From NCBI RefSeq assembly GCF_009914755.1, contig NC_060930.1: a stretch of 64,000 bases of DNA, one strand, 5' to 3'. The translations under genes and the position numbers were made by a program. The notes under the pieces were generated by a model. The model ran no database searches. It was given only the letters and a program-made list of their open reading frames with translations, and had not been told where the DNA came from. Every line of letters starts with the position of its first letter. Position 1 is the stretch's first letter. This stretch comes from the human T2T-CHM13v2.0 reference genome, Homo sapiens. Shown one piece after another: positions 49,285 to 62,516 of this stretch.

Positions 49285-49969
49285 TTTAAAAAAATTATTA
49301 TTTTTCTTAAGTTCAGGGTACATGTACAGAGAAATAAGAATGCTTTTACACTGTTGGTAAGAATGTAAATTAGTTCAACCATTGTGAAAGACAGTGTGAT
49401 GATTCCTCAAAGATTTAGAACTGGAAATACCATTTGATCCAGCAATCCCATTACTGGGTATATACCCAAAGGCATATAAATCATTCTATTATAAAGATAC
49501 ATACACACATATGTTCATTGCAGCACTATTCACAATAGCAAAGATGTGGAATCAACCCAAATGCCTATTAATGATAGACTGGATAATGAAAATGTGGTAC
49601 ATATACACCATGGAATACCATGCAGCCATAAAAAAGGAATGAGATCATGTTCTTTGCAGGGACATGGTTAGAGTTGGAAGCCATTATCCTCAGCAAACTA
49701 ATGCAGGAACAGAAAACCAAAGACATGGAATCAACCCAAATGCTGTCAATGATAAATTGGATAAAGAAAATATGGTACATATACACCATGGAATACTATG
49801 CAGCCATAAAAAGGAATGAGATCATGTCCTTTGCAGGGACATGGATAGAGTTAGAAGCCATTATCGTCAGCAAACTAATGCAGGAACAGAAAACTAAACA
49901 TAGCGTGTTCTCACTTGTAAGTGGGAGGTGAACAATGAGAACACATGGACACAGGGAGGGGAACAACAC
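49285..49969 (-). mobile_element. Truncated L1PA with twin-priming inversion and an internal 179-bp tandem duplication
   Basis: T-rich tail plus ttaagttcagggtacatgtacag (minus-strand 3' end), followed by a plus-strand ORF2 end and 3'UTR at 49330-49969. Confidence 0.85.
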
Positions 49970-49970
49970 T

Positions 49971-50125
49971 TAGAGATTCTTATCTGTAGTCCCATGGATA
50001 GACTTGAAGGGTATCTTTGGGTCAAAGCTAAAATTCTATGCAAAATTTCATGTGTATATAGGGGATTCATCGCTTTCTTTAGACCCTTAGAGATGTCTGT
50101 GATTCTAAAAAGTAAAGAACCGGTA
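49971..50125. mobile_element. MER103C-like hAT-Charlie MITE
   Basis: gattcttatctgtagtcccatggatagacttg...aaattctatgcaaaatttcatgtgtat...aaagaacc. Confidence 0.6.
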
Positions 50126-50832
50126 CTTTGGATAAATATCAGAATTGGTCTACCTCATTCATCTAGTCAAGATTCTGGTGTACAGAGCAAGAAAACCCAC
50201 ATATAAAACAGCCTACATATAAAAATATGCATGAACAGGGATGTTTCTGTCTGAGTGGCCTACATATTACACAATTTTTGTGGGGAAGAAGACACAAAAC
50301 AAAGTATAGTATAGAGAATTTTTTTCAAAATTATTATACTCAAAAAGTGTCCACTGATTTTGAATCTTTTATTTGCAAGCATTTCCATCCACTTCCTATT
50401 CAATAACAAAATCACTTGATCTCTAAATTCAGACTTCATCTGTAAATACAGCTCTGAGAAAGGACAGATGAAAAGGAAGAAAGTAGCAGAAACAAGGAAC
50501 ACTTAAGTGGCTTCTAGGTCTACTGCCTTGTTTCATCAGAACTATCTGGGCACCAATCCCAGTATTTATTTTCACACTTATACAAGCAACACAACTACCA
50601 CAAGCCTGAATGTGATACCGAAGCCTGTGACATTGAACAGTGCAGTGAGTTACACCCTAGGGAAGGTAGGAGACAAAAGAACAGCTGACAATTCTCCCTG
50701 AAGACAAGAGAGCTTCACAAACAGCTCTGCAAATCCTAGCATTAATATTATTTCCATTCCACTCTTGGGAAAATATATGAAGGTAAGGAAAAGTTTGGAA
50801 AAAAAGGACAATAGAGAGGAAGAAAGGTAGGG

Positions 50833-50854
50833 GTGTGTGTGTGTGTGTGTGTGT
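50833..50854. repeat. (GT)11 microsatellite
   Basis: Read directly. Confidence 0.95.
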
Positions 50855-51366
50855 AAAGGCCAAGTAACAAGGGAAGGAGCAAGAAAAAACAAGGTATCAA
50901 AAAGAAGCGTAAGTGTGCTTAGGGAAGTAGATGGCACTTTACCAAGTAACAAAGACAATCCCTGCTTTCTGTAACAATGTAGGATAAAGTTACTTGGCCA
51001 ATGTCTGATTAGATATCAGTTTGCTTATGGACGGCATATTTAGGATGATCCACTTTTAATATATGCCTCTGTGGCCTATGAGCAAGTGAGGCAACATGTA
51101 CGTGTGGTGTGGGGTATACATGAAGGCACTGGGGACTACTGTCAAGTCAGATGCTGCCTGAAATGCAACTGGGAGTGGGAGAAAAGAAGGAGGATGGCTG
51201 AGAATGGCTGCTAGTAGTATGCAGTGATTTATTCATCTGTCGGGCTAGGTGCTGTGGATACACTGATGAATAAGTTGCAGAGGGTCCCCACCCTCAGGTA
51301 GATTAAGTTCACACTGAGCCAAGAGAGTGTGGGAGTACCTGGGGTTAAAATAAAATAAAAACTAAA

Positions 51367-51795
51367 TGTGATGGTAAATTGTATGTGTCGACTTGGCTGA
51401 TACAGCGTGCTCAGATATTTGGTTGAATATTATTCTGGATGTTTCTGTAAGGGTGTTTTTAGATGAGATCTACATTTAACTTAGTGGACTTTGAGTAAAG
51501 CAGATTGTCCTCCAAAATGTGGGTGGGCCTTCAGTTGAAAGCCGGAATAGCACAAAAGATTGACCTCTCCCGAGCAAGAGAGAATTCTGGAGCAGAGGGC
51601 CTTCAGATTTGAACTGCAACATCAGCTCTTTCCTGGGTCTCCAACCTGCTGGCACACCCTGAAGACTTGGACTTGCCAGCCTCTATAATCATTATATATG
51701 TGTGTGTGTGTGTGTGTGTGTATGTGTACATACACACACACACACACACACACATCCTATTCATTCTATTTCTCTGGAGAACCCCAACTACTACA
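51367..51795 (+). mobile_element. MLT2 (MLT2D-like) solo LTR
   Basis: TGTGATGGTAAATTGTATGTGTCGACTTGGCT...TCTCTGGAGAACCCCAACTACTACA; TSD CTAAA/ATAAA. Confidence 0.9.
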
Positions 51796-52021
51796 ATAAA
51801 CTAAACTAAAGCAGATATGAGATTATATTTCTGATGCTATGTAGGAGACTTTACACATTTTTCATTTAATCTTCTAGAAGGAGCCAGACTGTCCTGTAGT
51901 TGCCACTCTTAGGGTTCAACGGAGAGACTACCAATGCACTACTTTCTGCTACTTTCTGAGGGTACCAAGGTGGTAACAGTAAGCCATTTGTCTTTCAAGG
52001 AACTGCTGACTTATTTCAGGA

Positions 52022-52128
52022 CATGAGGGCATTTCTTAGAGGAACTATTGCTCTAGCAATAGCTCCTCTAGTTTTCAAGGCTCTATGCTAGTGCTAGAGC
52101 AATTGTTCCTCTAAGAAATGTTCTCATG
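52022..52128. repeat. Long inverted repeat (42-bp arms, 23-nt loop)
   Basis: Arms 52022-52063 and 52087-52128 are complementary at 38 of 42 positions. Confidence 0.92.
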
Positions 52129-54949
52129 GATTGTTTTATTTATTTATTTATTTACCTACCGTGGATTGTTACCTACCATAAATTGTTTACCATGGATTTT
52201 TTTAATTTTTTTTGAAGATCATTATATGTTTTATTAGAGAGAGAATCATAGTCTTCCAGATTTGGGATCTCAGAAATTCTTATGAAAAAGAGTGTTCTAG
52301 CTAGAAATTCAGAGAATTTACATGGTCTGGTATTTTTTTCTGCTAAAGAGGGCCAACTTTATGGCAGACACTGTACAAGGGGCTGAGGAAACTATAAAGA
52401 ATACAGTGTTAAATGAGCATAAAACTTTCTTAGAGAAGAAAATATGTGGATACTCAAATGTTAAAATATATTACAGGAGTTTAAAATTATGTAACACAGA
52501 AGTATAAGTCAATATACTTAGCATCCCATGATTCTCAGGTGAGCATTTTGGAAAATAAGATCAATAGAAGGTCAGGAAAAGCTGTAGAGCTCATGGAGAA
52601 AATGGAATTTAACCAGAGCCTTAAATGGAACCTGTAGTATCATGGGATGACCTTTACATGGAGGTAGACAGATATGATAGGTAGACATAGAGCCTTTCAA
52701 TTTAATATGACTTGGAAGAGTGAAGACACACACACATAATACACATATACATACAATTTTTAAAAATATGGCTGTCAAAAATGTGACAGAAGTAGATGAA
52801 AAACTAGGCCAGTAGAGAAAAGTTGTCTTAGTTCCTGGCTTGAATATAAACAATACTGTAAATTAAAAGAATATTTTGATATATTCTTCTATTTTTTTCT
52901 GGTTTCTCTGACACCCTTATGATTAAGGATGAATGGATGATCACTCACAAATAAAATGTTAGGAACATGTTATTTTTTGTAAATTGCCATGGGATATTAA
53001 GCAAGTTTTTGTCTGGAGTCATAAATTATTACTTTCCCTAACAATATTCTCAAGTCATTGTTGCAGATGATGTGCAATTTGTAGGCAGTTTGAATATTTT
53101 AAAACAATAATATTGTTAATCTTCAATTCCCTTTCATTAAATCCTGCTGGCCCCAGCTACAAGGAATAAAATCTTCTAATTTTTTCACTGCTATCTTATA
53201 GCCAATGCCCTCTGGAGCATTCACTAGGAGAAAAGGTAAGACAAAAACTTTTTAAAGTTAAAATAATAAAAATAATAATAAATGAATGATACAAGATAAA
53301 ATAAAACAAAAGAAGCCAAAACAAGTCAAGATAAAAGAATAGTCTGCAAACAAAGTTTTTACATTTAATGCGTTGTGTTAGGAAACCACAAAGTGTCCCT
53401 AAGAAACTTGGAGATGGTTGGATGTAGCAATCATGATATTTTTCTGTTACCTTACCAAAACATCTCAATTGGGAGCTGCTCTAAAGCCAGAAGAGTTTAA
53501 TTTCCATTTTTAAAATCTCTTTCAATAATTAAATCACCTTTTCCTGTGAGAGAAAGGATGTTCATATAAGTTTAGTGTATGATATTTCTATAGATTCTAA
53601 AGAAGGCATTGGCCACATTCAATAAACAAATTATCTTCTGAAAAAATAGCACAGGTCTTCTTATCACAGCTGATATAACCACAGATTATACTTTTGTATT
53701 AACTCAACCTTCAGACGTTCTTTTCCTAAAAATGTGCACACCTCCTACATTTTCTGTTTTCTCTTGTATCCTAAGCTTACTCCCTAGGGCATGTATTATT
53801 AGTGCACTGTTTTTCTCTCTCCTTGGCTTTTTCTGGTTGAAATATTTAAGCTGTTTGGAACTATGAAATTCCCTTAGGATATAAACTATTGATCTCCTGT
53901 TAGATCATGAGGTGACTCTTAAGCACCTTCTCCTAGAACTTTTCGAGAAACACTGCATATGAATGCAAGGTTACATGCCCTGGCACAAATTAGAAACCTA
54001 ACAGTGGACCATATCCTAATAAGAATCATTGGCGACTTTAATTCTTAGACTGTGGAAATATTGTTCAATTACCATGAGTTCTGATTTTAGTTTTTACGTG
54101 CCCAAAGCATGAATTTCTAGTCACTGAGCCTGTGAGTCAGCATTGAAGAGTTTGAGGTCTATTCTTAATTAACGCATTTTTTCCTATGCTATCCTACAGA
54201 CCTGGCAGGATTCACATGCATCCCAAAATGCCTTTGATCCTTCAGACCTGCCCTGCCTCATGTAAACTAAGTTGAGGTGTTATCTTTTATCAAAAGTTGA
54301 TAACACCACTTAACAAAACTTGTTTTCCATTGTGCAGAGAGGGTGTGATTTTTTTCTCCTAGGTTACAAGGTCTAAGTTTTATTTTTTTGAAAAAAGATT
54401 TCCAATTTAGAACTCAGAAAAAGATAAATGCTTCCTGGGGTTTTTGGTTATGAGAAATAAAAAAGGAAGGAGAGGCCTTCATTATAGGTCTGATGAAGAA
54501 ACGCTGATGTTTAGTCACAGGCTTCCTAGGACATTGGAGAAAGCAAAAGAAACATTCAGTCTATCAAGTCAACCTCAAATAACTATCGCCATCTATCAGA
54601 TGAGTTTGGACTTGAGACTACCTAAGGTTTTCTACTAGCTGGAAACTATTGTGATTATAATAGCATGGTAACTTCATACTCTCTAATCTTGTGATGCTGA
54701 CTCTTTAATGATCCTGTGCTTATTCATGTTCTCTCCCTATATTTCCCTTTGTTATCTCATTTGAAAAATATAATCATAAATGACATCTTCCCAGGAAATT
54801 TCATTATCCATCTCCCTGCCCCCAACCAACCCCCAACTTTTTACCAGAAACCACTGATGCCACAGATTCTCTGGGGACTTTATGAATATTCCTCAGTGTC
54901 CTGTGTCTTTTGCCAGGACATCTACATGTTGATTTAAAGAAGTAGATTA

Positions 54950-55800
54950 GGCTTCTGCTTTGAGTTAGGATGTAGAATAATGCAAAAGACCTTTGTTCTC
55001 ATAGTATCTGCAAGAAAAGACCTAGATAAAATAAAAACCATTGTTTTCTAAGGAATTAGTGAAGAGCAAGGGCAGCAAAGAAGCCTTGATAAATTATGTT
55101 CCAGAGAGAAATGAGCAGAAAATGGCAGCAGCTTCCACACCTGGATGGGGAGACTTTCTGAGAATGAGAAGAAATAGCCAGGCCTTCCCTGAATGGGCTG
55201 AAGGACAGGGTAGGAGGAGTCTGGAGTCTGGAAGAACTCAATCCAGTAAGTCTATTCATCCAGCTTTCCTCACAGTGAGAGAGTAGTAATAGAGGAGGGA
55301 CATATATAAAATGTGAGGAAGCAGGAAAACATGATAATCAGGAAAAAATTGAGAGGAAGTAAAGACAGACCCAATAACCTAGTTATTGAAATCAGTAGAC
55401 AAAATCTTTACAACAATAATTATGTTTGCCAAAGAATTTACAGAAAAATGCATATTATGGATGAAGAAATAGACTTTTCTCTTGGTTTTCTATAAAAAAT
55501 GGAAACTCTATGAAACAACAAAATGGAAATTCTAAAACTTTAAAATGCAATATTAGAAGTCGAAATTTATTGGATGGGCTTAACAGCAGATTAGATATTG
55601 CAGGAAAAAAAAAATGAATGAGTGAACTTGAAGACAAGTCAATAAAAATTACCTAAATTGAAATAAGAAGAATATTGTTTAAAAACCAACAGACTGTCCA
55701 TAACAATGAGATAATATCAAACAGTCAAATATAACTGGAGTCCCAGAAGGAGAGGGAAGAGAGTGGGTTAGGAAAAATTTTGAAGTAATTTCTTTCATAG
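54950..55800 (+). mobile_element. Old L1M 5'UTR/ORF1 fragment
   Basis: ggatgggcttaacagcagattaga...gtgaacttgaagacaagtcaata...ggagtcccagaaggagag are L1M ORF1 blocks. Confidence 0.75.
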
Positions 55801-58137
55801 CCAAGAAGTGTTCATTTCACAATGGTGTTTCTCTCTTCTACTTTCCCCTGGGCTAGAACTCAGATAGGTATATGGGCAGTGCTGTCAGTTTGAGCATGGC
55901 TGGTCCTGAATTACAGTAATTAAATGAATGTAAGCTTGTTCTAAGATTAAAGGTGTAGTAACCTCTAATTCCATGGAAGACAATGAACCAGTAAGTTCCA
56001 TGCAGTTATAACTACTGTATAGTTCTATGTTTAGTTCAAACATGATAAAATCCAAATCCTGAATCTCTGGGAGAAAGAAGTCTAAAACAATCCTTCTCTT
56101 TATAACAATTTTAAACCAAATTTATAAACAACCCCTCTTCTTCTTCTACATGCATTTAAAAAATACAAACTACAGAAGGAAAGAGAGCAGTGATGTAGCA
56201 AGTGAATATGGACATGCTTCCTTTTTAATAAGTTATTGTCAAATCTTAATATATAATGAAATAGAAGCAGCTAGGTATGGAGAGGCTGTTAAGGAGCAGG
56301 AATTCATCTATGAAATGCAATGATGAATGTGATTGCATTGGATGAGGTTAAAATACTAACACTAGCTCAGCCAAGATTTCAAAAAATGGTGGTGAGAAGC
56401 TTTTTTTTCCCTTGCTAGGTTTGGGGGTTTGGGGGTGAGGGTTGAGGGGAATGTTGTATTCACACTCTCAGAAGTCAAGTGGGGAGCAGTTACTATTGAC
56501 TGCTACTGAAATTCATATTTCATTCCATAGTTCACATTTTCCAGCTTGTCAGTCAGTATGTAATAATTCTTTGACACAGTCACCTCGCTTTTCTATGTTT
56601 TTGTAATTTTCTGACTAAAAATGTTGTCATTATTTAAGTGTTAGCATTATTTTGGAATAAATACGCTCGTTTGATGGAGGAAAATTGATGATATTAATTG
56701 ATGTGATCAGTAACTTTAGGTGATCTAGATATAATAACCAAGAAAAAAAACAAAAACCAGTTTTGCAGATTGTTAAGGATAGTGACAAGCCACAAAGCCA
56801 CAAAGACTTAGAGCCTACATAGCTCTCTTGTAGCATCCACTTTAGAATGAAAATAAAAGAGGAAAAGTACAAGTAGGGTAGAGAAAAGGGTCAGAGACCA
56901 GAGTGGGGGTGGGGAAGTGTGCAGGATTGGGAATGAATTGATTTAACTGAATGACTACAGTGCTGTGCAGAAAAGAGGAAGTTTAAAATTAACCAAAAAA
57001 AAAAAAACTCGTAAAATTCTGGGAGTTACTTGTGAGTAAGTTCCATGTAAGGTTACTTTCAGCTCATATTTTAATAATAGCCACCTGCTTCTCATTCTGA
57101 AAAGCTTCTAAGACCACATTCCATCATTTTTCTCTCTTGGACTCTTGGACTCCCTGAAGAAACAGTCTTTGCTTTTTGAAAAGCTGTAGTGAACAAGTCT
57201 CCTTTTACTTTCAAGCTGAGATAAGAAAGGATCAAAAAGAATAAGATTTCTTCCCTTCTCTGACCCCATCTCCTTTTCCTAGCTAGTATTTGCAATCACA
57301 CTTCTAATTCTAAAGTCATAAGCATGCATCCATATTAGCATCTTATCATTGTCTTAGTTCCATTTTGAAAACTAGAATTCTATTCTAGCAAGAGAATGAA
57401 AGATTGGAAATTCTATATTAGATATTTGGCCAAAGAACAGTCCGAAAATAAGTTATCTCTTTTTCTAGGAACATTGACAATCCTGAAAGGGTTAATTAAT
57501 TTTACCTTGGATCACCCTTTTTTCAAGATCCTGCTTGACTCTCCATGAGCTCAAAATAAGATGTGAATTAAGTTTGAAGGAGCCATAGTAAAAACAACTT
57601 TTAAAGTGATGATTCACTCAACTTGGGCAACAATTATATTTTGTTGAAAGCATACAAACACAATATTCGACATTGTTATCACACACAGAAAAAGTGCTAG
57701 TCATTGCAAGAACTGATAGAAAAAAATTAGGAAGCATAATAAAGGTCTTAAGGATTTGCTTCCTTTTTAGTCAAATTATTAATGACCATGGGAAAGTAAA
57801 GTGATTTAAGAAGAAAATCTTGCTGAGTACCAGCTGCTGCTGAAGTCAACTAATTACAACATTCCACTTGATATCACACTGGATACACATGCAAGAACAA
57901 GAAGGGCTTCAACACTTTACAATTAGACTTTCAAATTATCTTCTGTAAGACTCAGCTGTAAGCAAAAGTTATTTCATGCATAAATGACATTGAGAAACAA
58001 ATTTCCAGCTAGGTTTCACACAACCAGTTTTGACAACCTCCTTAACGTCTCACAGACACTGAATCTAGTTCTCCCCATGAAAAGACTGGGCTGTCCTTTA
58101 AAAGAGTAATCACTACTGTCAATTTAATAAACGTCCT

Positions 58138-58258
58138 CCTACTAAATTGTGAGCACCTCCTAGGCAGGAACCAGTTGTTTTACTTTTGTATCCACAGGTC
58201 TTAGCATAGATCCTACCATCTGGTAGACAAATGCTTAGTAAATATTAGTTGAATTGAT
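58138..58258 (+). mobile_element. L2 3' end
   Basis: ctaaattgtgagcacctcctaggcagga...agtaaatattagttgaattga. Confidence 0.7.
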
Positions 58259-58743
58259 ATCAAGGAGGGTGCAATCACCAGCATGTTGTGTTTAAAGGTG
58301 GTGCCCCATGACTCCTGAACCTTTCATTATAAGTCTCTTCTTTGGACTAAAACACGAATGGCACTCTCCTGAAACACATAAAAGTAGATTTGATCAAATG
58401 GAAAGACCTCCCCTGTTCTTGGGTAAAACAACTCAACCTTATAAAGATATCAACTCTTTCTAAGTTAACTCATAAATTTACAGCAGTTGCAGTACAATAC
58501 TAACAAGATTCATGGAGTTGGACATGTTGATACTAAAGTTCGTATGGAAAACAAATTACAAGAATACTCAGAAAAGCACTGAAAAAGAAAAACTATCAGA
58601 GGAAACTAGCCTCTATGATTTAAACATTGTGATACTGGTACATGAATAGACAGACTGAAGGAAAAGAAGATAAATAGATCCAAGTACATATGGAAATGTA
58701 GTATATGATACATGTGCATCTTTAATAATTAGAGCAATGATAA

Positions 58744-59058
<315 letters not shown>

Positions 59059-59083
59059 AGAGCAATGATAAACTTTTAAATAA

Positions 59084-59636
<553 letters not shown>

Positions 59637-59730
59637 GGATAAGTCTTTTTTTTAACCATAGTGTAGGAAAAGGCTTTCTAAATATGACTCAAAAGTCAGA
59701 GGCAATACAAGAAAATATTCATAAATTTGA

Positions 59731-60043
<313 letters not shown>

Positions 60044-60050
60044 GATTCTC

Positions 60051-60377
60051 TTATTTTTTAACTTTTATTTTCAGTTCAGGGGCACATGTGCAGGTTTGTT
60101 ACATAGGTAAACTTGTGTCACAGGGATTTGTTGTACAGATTATTTTATCACCCAGGTATTAAGCCCAGTACACAACAGTTATTTTTTCTGCTCTTCTCTC
60201 TCCTGGACCTTCCGCCCTCAATTAGGCCTCAGTGTCTGTTGTTCCTTTCTTTGTGTTCGTACTTTCTCATCAGTTAGCTCTCACTTTTAAGTAAGCACAC
60301 ATGGTATTTGGTTTTCTGTTCCTGCATCAGTTTGCTAAGAATAAGGCCTCCAGCTCCATCCATGTTTCCACAAAAAA
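60051..60377 (-). mobile_element. L1PA13-16-like 3' end fragment
   Basis: aacttttattttcagttcaggggcacatgtgcaggtttgttacataggtaaac. Confidence 0.88.
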
Positions 60378-60517
60378 TTCTTTAAAATTACATGGCAAAT
60401 ATCATAAACAAAGTTAAAAGGCAACTGACAAGCTGGTAGAAAATATTTGCAAGACCTATCCCAATAAAGGGCTAAAATACCTCATATGTAAGGAGAGCTC
60501 TTAAAAACTGGAGGGCA

Positions 60518-60834
<317 letters not shown>

Positions 60835-62516
60835 TCAACCCCAAGAGAAAAAATGGTAAAAATATATGAATAGACAAATGGCTCCTAAACGCACGTAAAG
60901 ATATTTAAACTCCCTCATAATAAAAGAAATACAAATTAAAGCAACACTGAATTATCAGTTTTTACCTATCAGTTTGGAAAATAATCTAAAAATATGACAT
61001 CATATGCTACTGGCCAGACTATGAAAAAATATGCATTCTCTTAAATTTCTAAGAATGTCAACTGAAACAAATTTTCAGTTGGAGATGGGGAATTTGGCAA
61101 TATGTAACGAAGCCATATATGCACTTACCCACACATAGAAAGTGTTTGAATAAACCATGGTACATCTACACGATGGAGTACTATGGAACTGCAGAATAAG
61201 GGCAATCATTATGGACTTATGCAGAGTAATTTCCAGGATATATTGCTAAGCACAGAAAGCAAAGTGCAAAACATTGTCTATAGTCTGTTATCTTCATTAA
61301 ACAATAAAACAAGGCAGTATACAAAAAGAAATATGAGAAGCAAAAATCAGAAATATTAGTGGGAATAGTTTTTTACAGTGGGCAGGTGGAATAAAGTGTT
61401 GAAAATAATGGAAAGTATACATTGTTTGTATATTTCTGATTTTTAGGACCATGTTAATGTTTCACATAGCCAAAAATAATTAAAATCAACCAGGACATGG
61501 GAGAGAGTCCAAAATGGAATTCCAACAGAGTTAACCTGACTGTGTTACTGATGAATAACATAGCCACACTAAAGGAATTGGTGAAGAAAAGAACTATGCT
61601 AGGGTAGCGTTGGAAAACAACGTCTATTATATAAAGCTAAAGAAAAAAGTCAAATATTTTACTCTTTTTAGTACATTTTATTTTCACAGTGGTATGAGTA
61701 ATTCTGAAACTAAGTTTATGCATCCTAACATTGAGATAATCATAAATATATTTCAAATAATGAAATCCAGATATCTCACAGCAACAGGAATTACAAATAA
61801 GGATGGGGAAGTTTCCTTTGATGTTGGATACAAATCAGAGGTAGCATAAAAATAGTTTTTAATAATATGCAGACACAGAAATACAAATATGTATGTGTAC
61901 ATATACATAAAAGGGTATGTAAATGTGTGGTGTGTATTTGCTCACTAGAAGGGTCCTGAAGTAATAGCACTCATATCTTGGTTTTCAAACAGCATCCTCT
62001 AATAAAAAGAACCAGGGCTCTTTGGACAAATTTCTGATTCCAAAGCTAGGGCAGGGATATTACAAGATGAGCTTGGGACACCTTGTGGTACCAAAAAGAA
62101 AAAGTGATCAAAAAAAAAAAAAAAAAAAAGTAGAGGCATGTTAATAGGACAAAAGAGCCTTCTTGAGGGAGCTCAATTATTTATTGAAATATAAATAACA
62201 GTTATGGATTATAGCCCACAGAAAAAGTTAATTGCCACTTGTTCACACCATTTACATAATATATAAATAAATGAGGAAGAAGGGACAACTCTTATTTATA
62301 ATAAAATTCTAATTTGTAAATGTAAAAAGAATTAATGAAATAGACAAACCCAGGAATAATTGACAAACACCACAGTAACACTTGTAGGCAAGAAGCATTT
62401 GATGGTTGCTAAAATTAGTGGACAAAGATAGATGAGAAGCATGATATTTGCATAGTCTCCAAATATCTCTACAAGATACTTATTTTTTTATATGGTGTAT
62501 GCCCCATAATGCCCCC

